Shown here piece after piece: positions 23,682 through 24,000 of a stretch of 24,000 bases of DNA (positions are counted from its first letter, which is position 1; each line of letters starts with the position of its first letter). The notes beneath the pieces are model-generated. The model was given only the letters and a program-made list of their open reading frames with translations. It was not told the DNA's origin and made no database searches. The DNA comes from Oscillospiraceae bacterium (GTDB lineage Bacteria; Bacillota; Clostridia; Oscillospirales; Oscillospiraceae): NCBI GenBank assembly GCA_016293865.1, contig JAEDDG010000024.1, positions 1,048 through 25,047 of the forward strand. The letters are read 5' to 3'. A program made the position numbers and the translations under genes.

Positions 23682-24000
23682 ATGGACACTCGATTTGAAC
23701 TTTTCGAAACTGTGATTTCCGCATTTGACGAAGGATTTGATCTGGCGGCCAAATATGACACCATGCCGCACCAGTACGGCGATGAAACCTTATATCAATC
23801 GGAAATGCACCTGATCCAGGCGATTGGCAGGACGCCGAACGTAACGATTACTGAGATTGCCGCTGCCTCATCCAAGACGACGAGCGCATTTTCCCAGATG
23901 GTACATAAGCTGAAAAAAAGAGGATTTGTCAACCAGGAACGGAATGCGCAGAACAACAGGGAGTATAAGCTGAGCCTGACAGAAAAAGGATGGGAAATCT
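23682..24000 (+). CDS. MarR-family transcriptional regulator (3' end truncated by the window)
   Basis: Not in the ORF track because no stop falls within the window. My translation from ATG 23682 is MDTRFELFETVISAFDEGFDLAAKYDTMPHQYGDETLYQSEMHLIQAIGRTPNVTITEIAAASSKTTSAFSQMVHKLKKRGFVNQERNAQNNREYKLSLTEKGWEI, a winged-HTH pattern. GTGGAGA RBS upstream. Confidence 0.7.
   Translation, partial: MDTRFELFETVISAFDEGFDLAAKYDTMPHQYGDETLYQSEMHLIQAIGRTPNVTITEIAAASSKTTSAFSQMVHKLKKRGFVNQERNAQNNREYKLSLTEKGWEI

Overview
High-GC Firmicutes/Clostridia-like chromosomal window, densely coding. I saw no rRNA or tRNA genes, CRISPR arrays, transposases or integrases. The theme is 2-oxoacid and acyl-CoA metabolism. 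Plus strand, in order: (i) a LeuA-like protein with degenerate catalytic motifs, translationally coupled to a fusion of a xylose-isomerase-like TIM barrel with an AMP-forming acyl-CoA ligase. (ii) Two tandem paralogous genes, each encoding an XRE-HTH + cupin + medium-chain acyl-CoA synthetase (MACS) fusion. Each has its own sigma-A-like promoter and a recognisable T-box leader: K-turn, AGAGA bulge, distal loop, F-box-like CCGUGA, the T-box sequence AAUUUGAGUGGUACCGCGGGU, and a terminator/antiterminator pair. (iii) Co-directional with the second paralog: a P-loop NTPase, a four-subunit 2-oxoacid:ferredoxin oxidoreductase (delta, alpha, beta, gamma), ilvE, and then cysK. (iv) An ACT-domain / UPF0210 pair. 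Minus strand: a lipoprotein, a Crp/Fnr regulator, iorA-iorB-UPF0340, a flavodoxin-family protein and the c-di-AMP receptor DarA. The right end holds a YjdF-like membrane protein with a long 5' leader and a truncated MarR gene. Main hypothesis (inference): a T-box (uncharged-tRNA) controlled module that activates short branched-chain fatty acids to acyl-CoAs, reductively carboxylates them with the OFOR, and transaminates them with IlvE to make Val/Ile(/Leu). The two leaders appear to carry different specifiers: GUA (Val) is fairly clear, and AUC (Ile) is one of several readings. T-box control of HTH-cupin-fused ligases would be an unusual regulon member and architecture.
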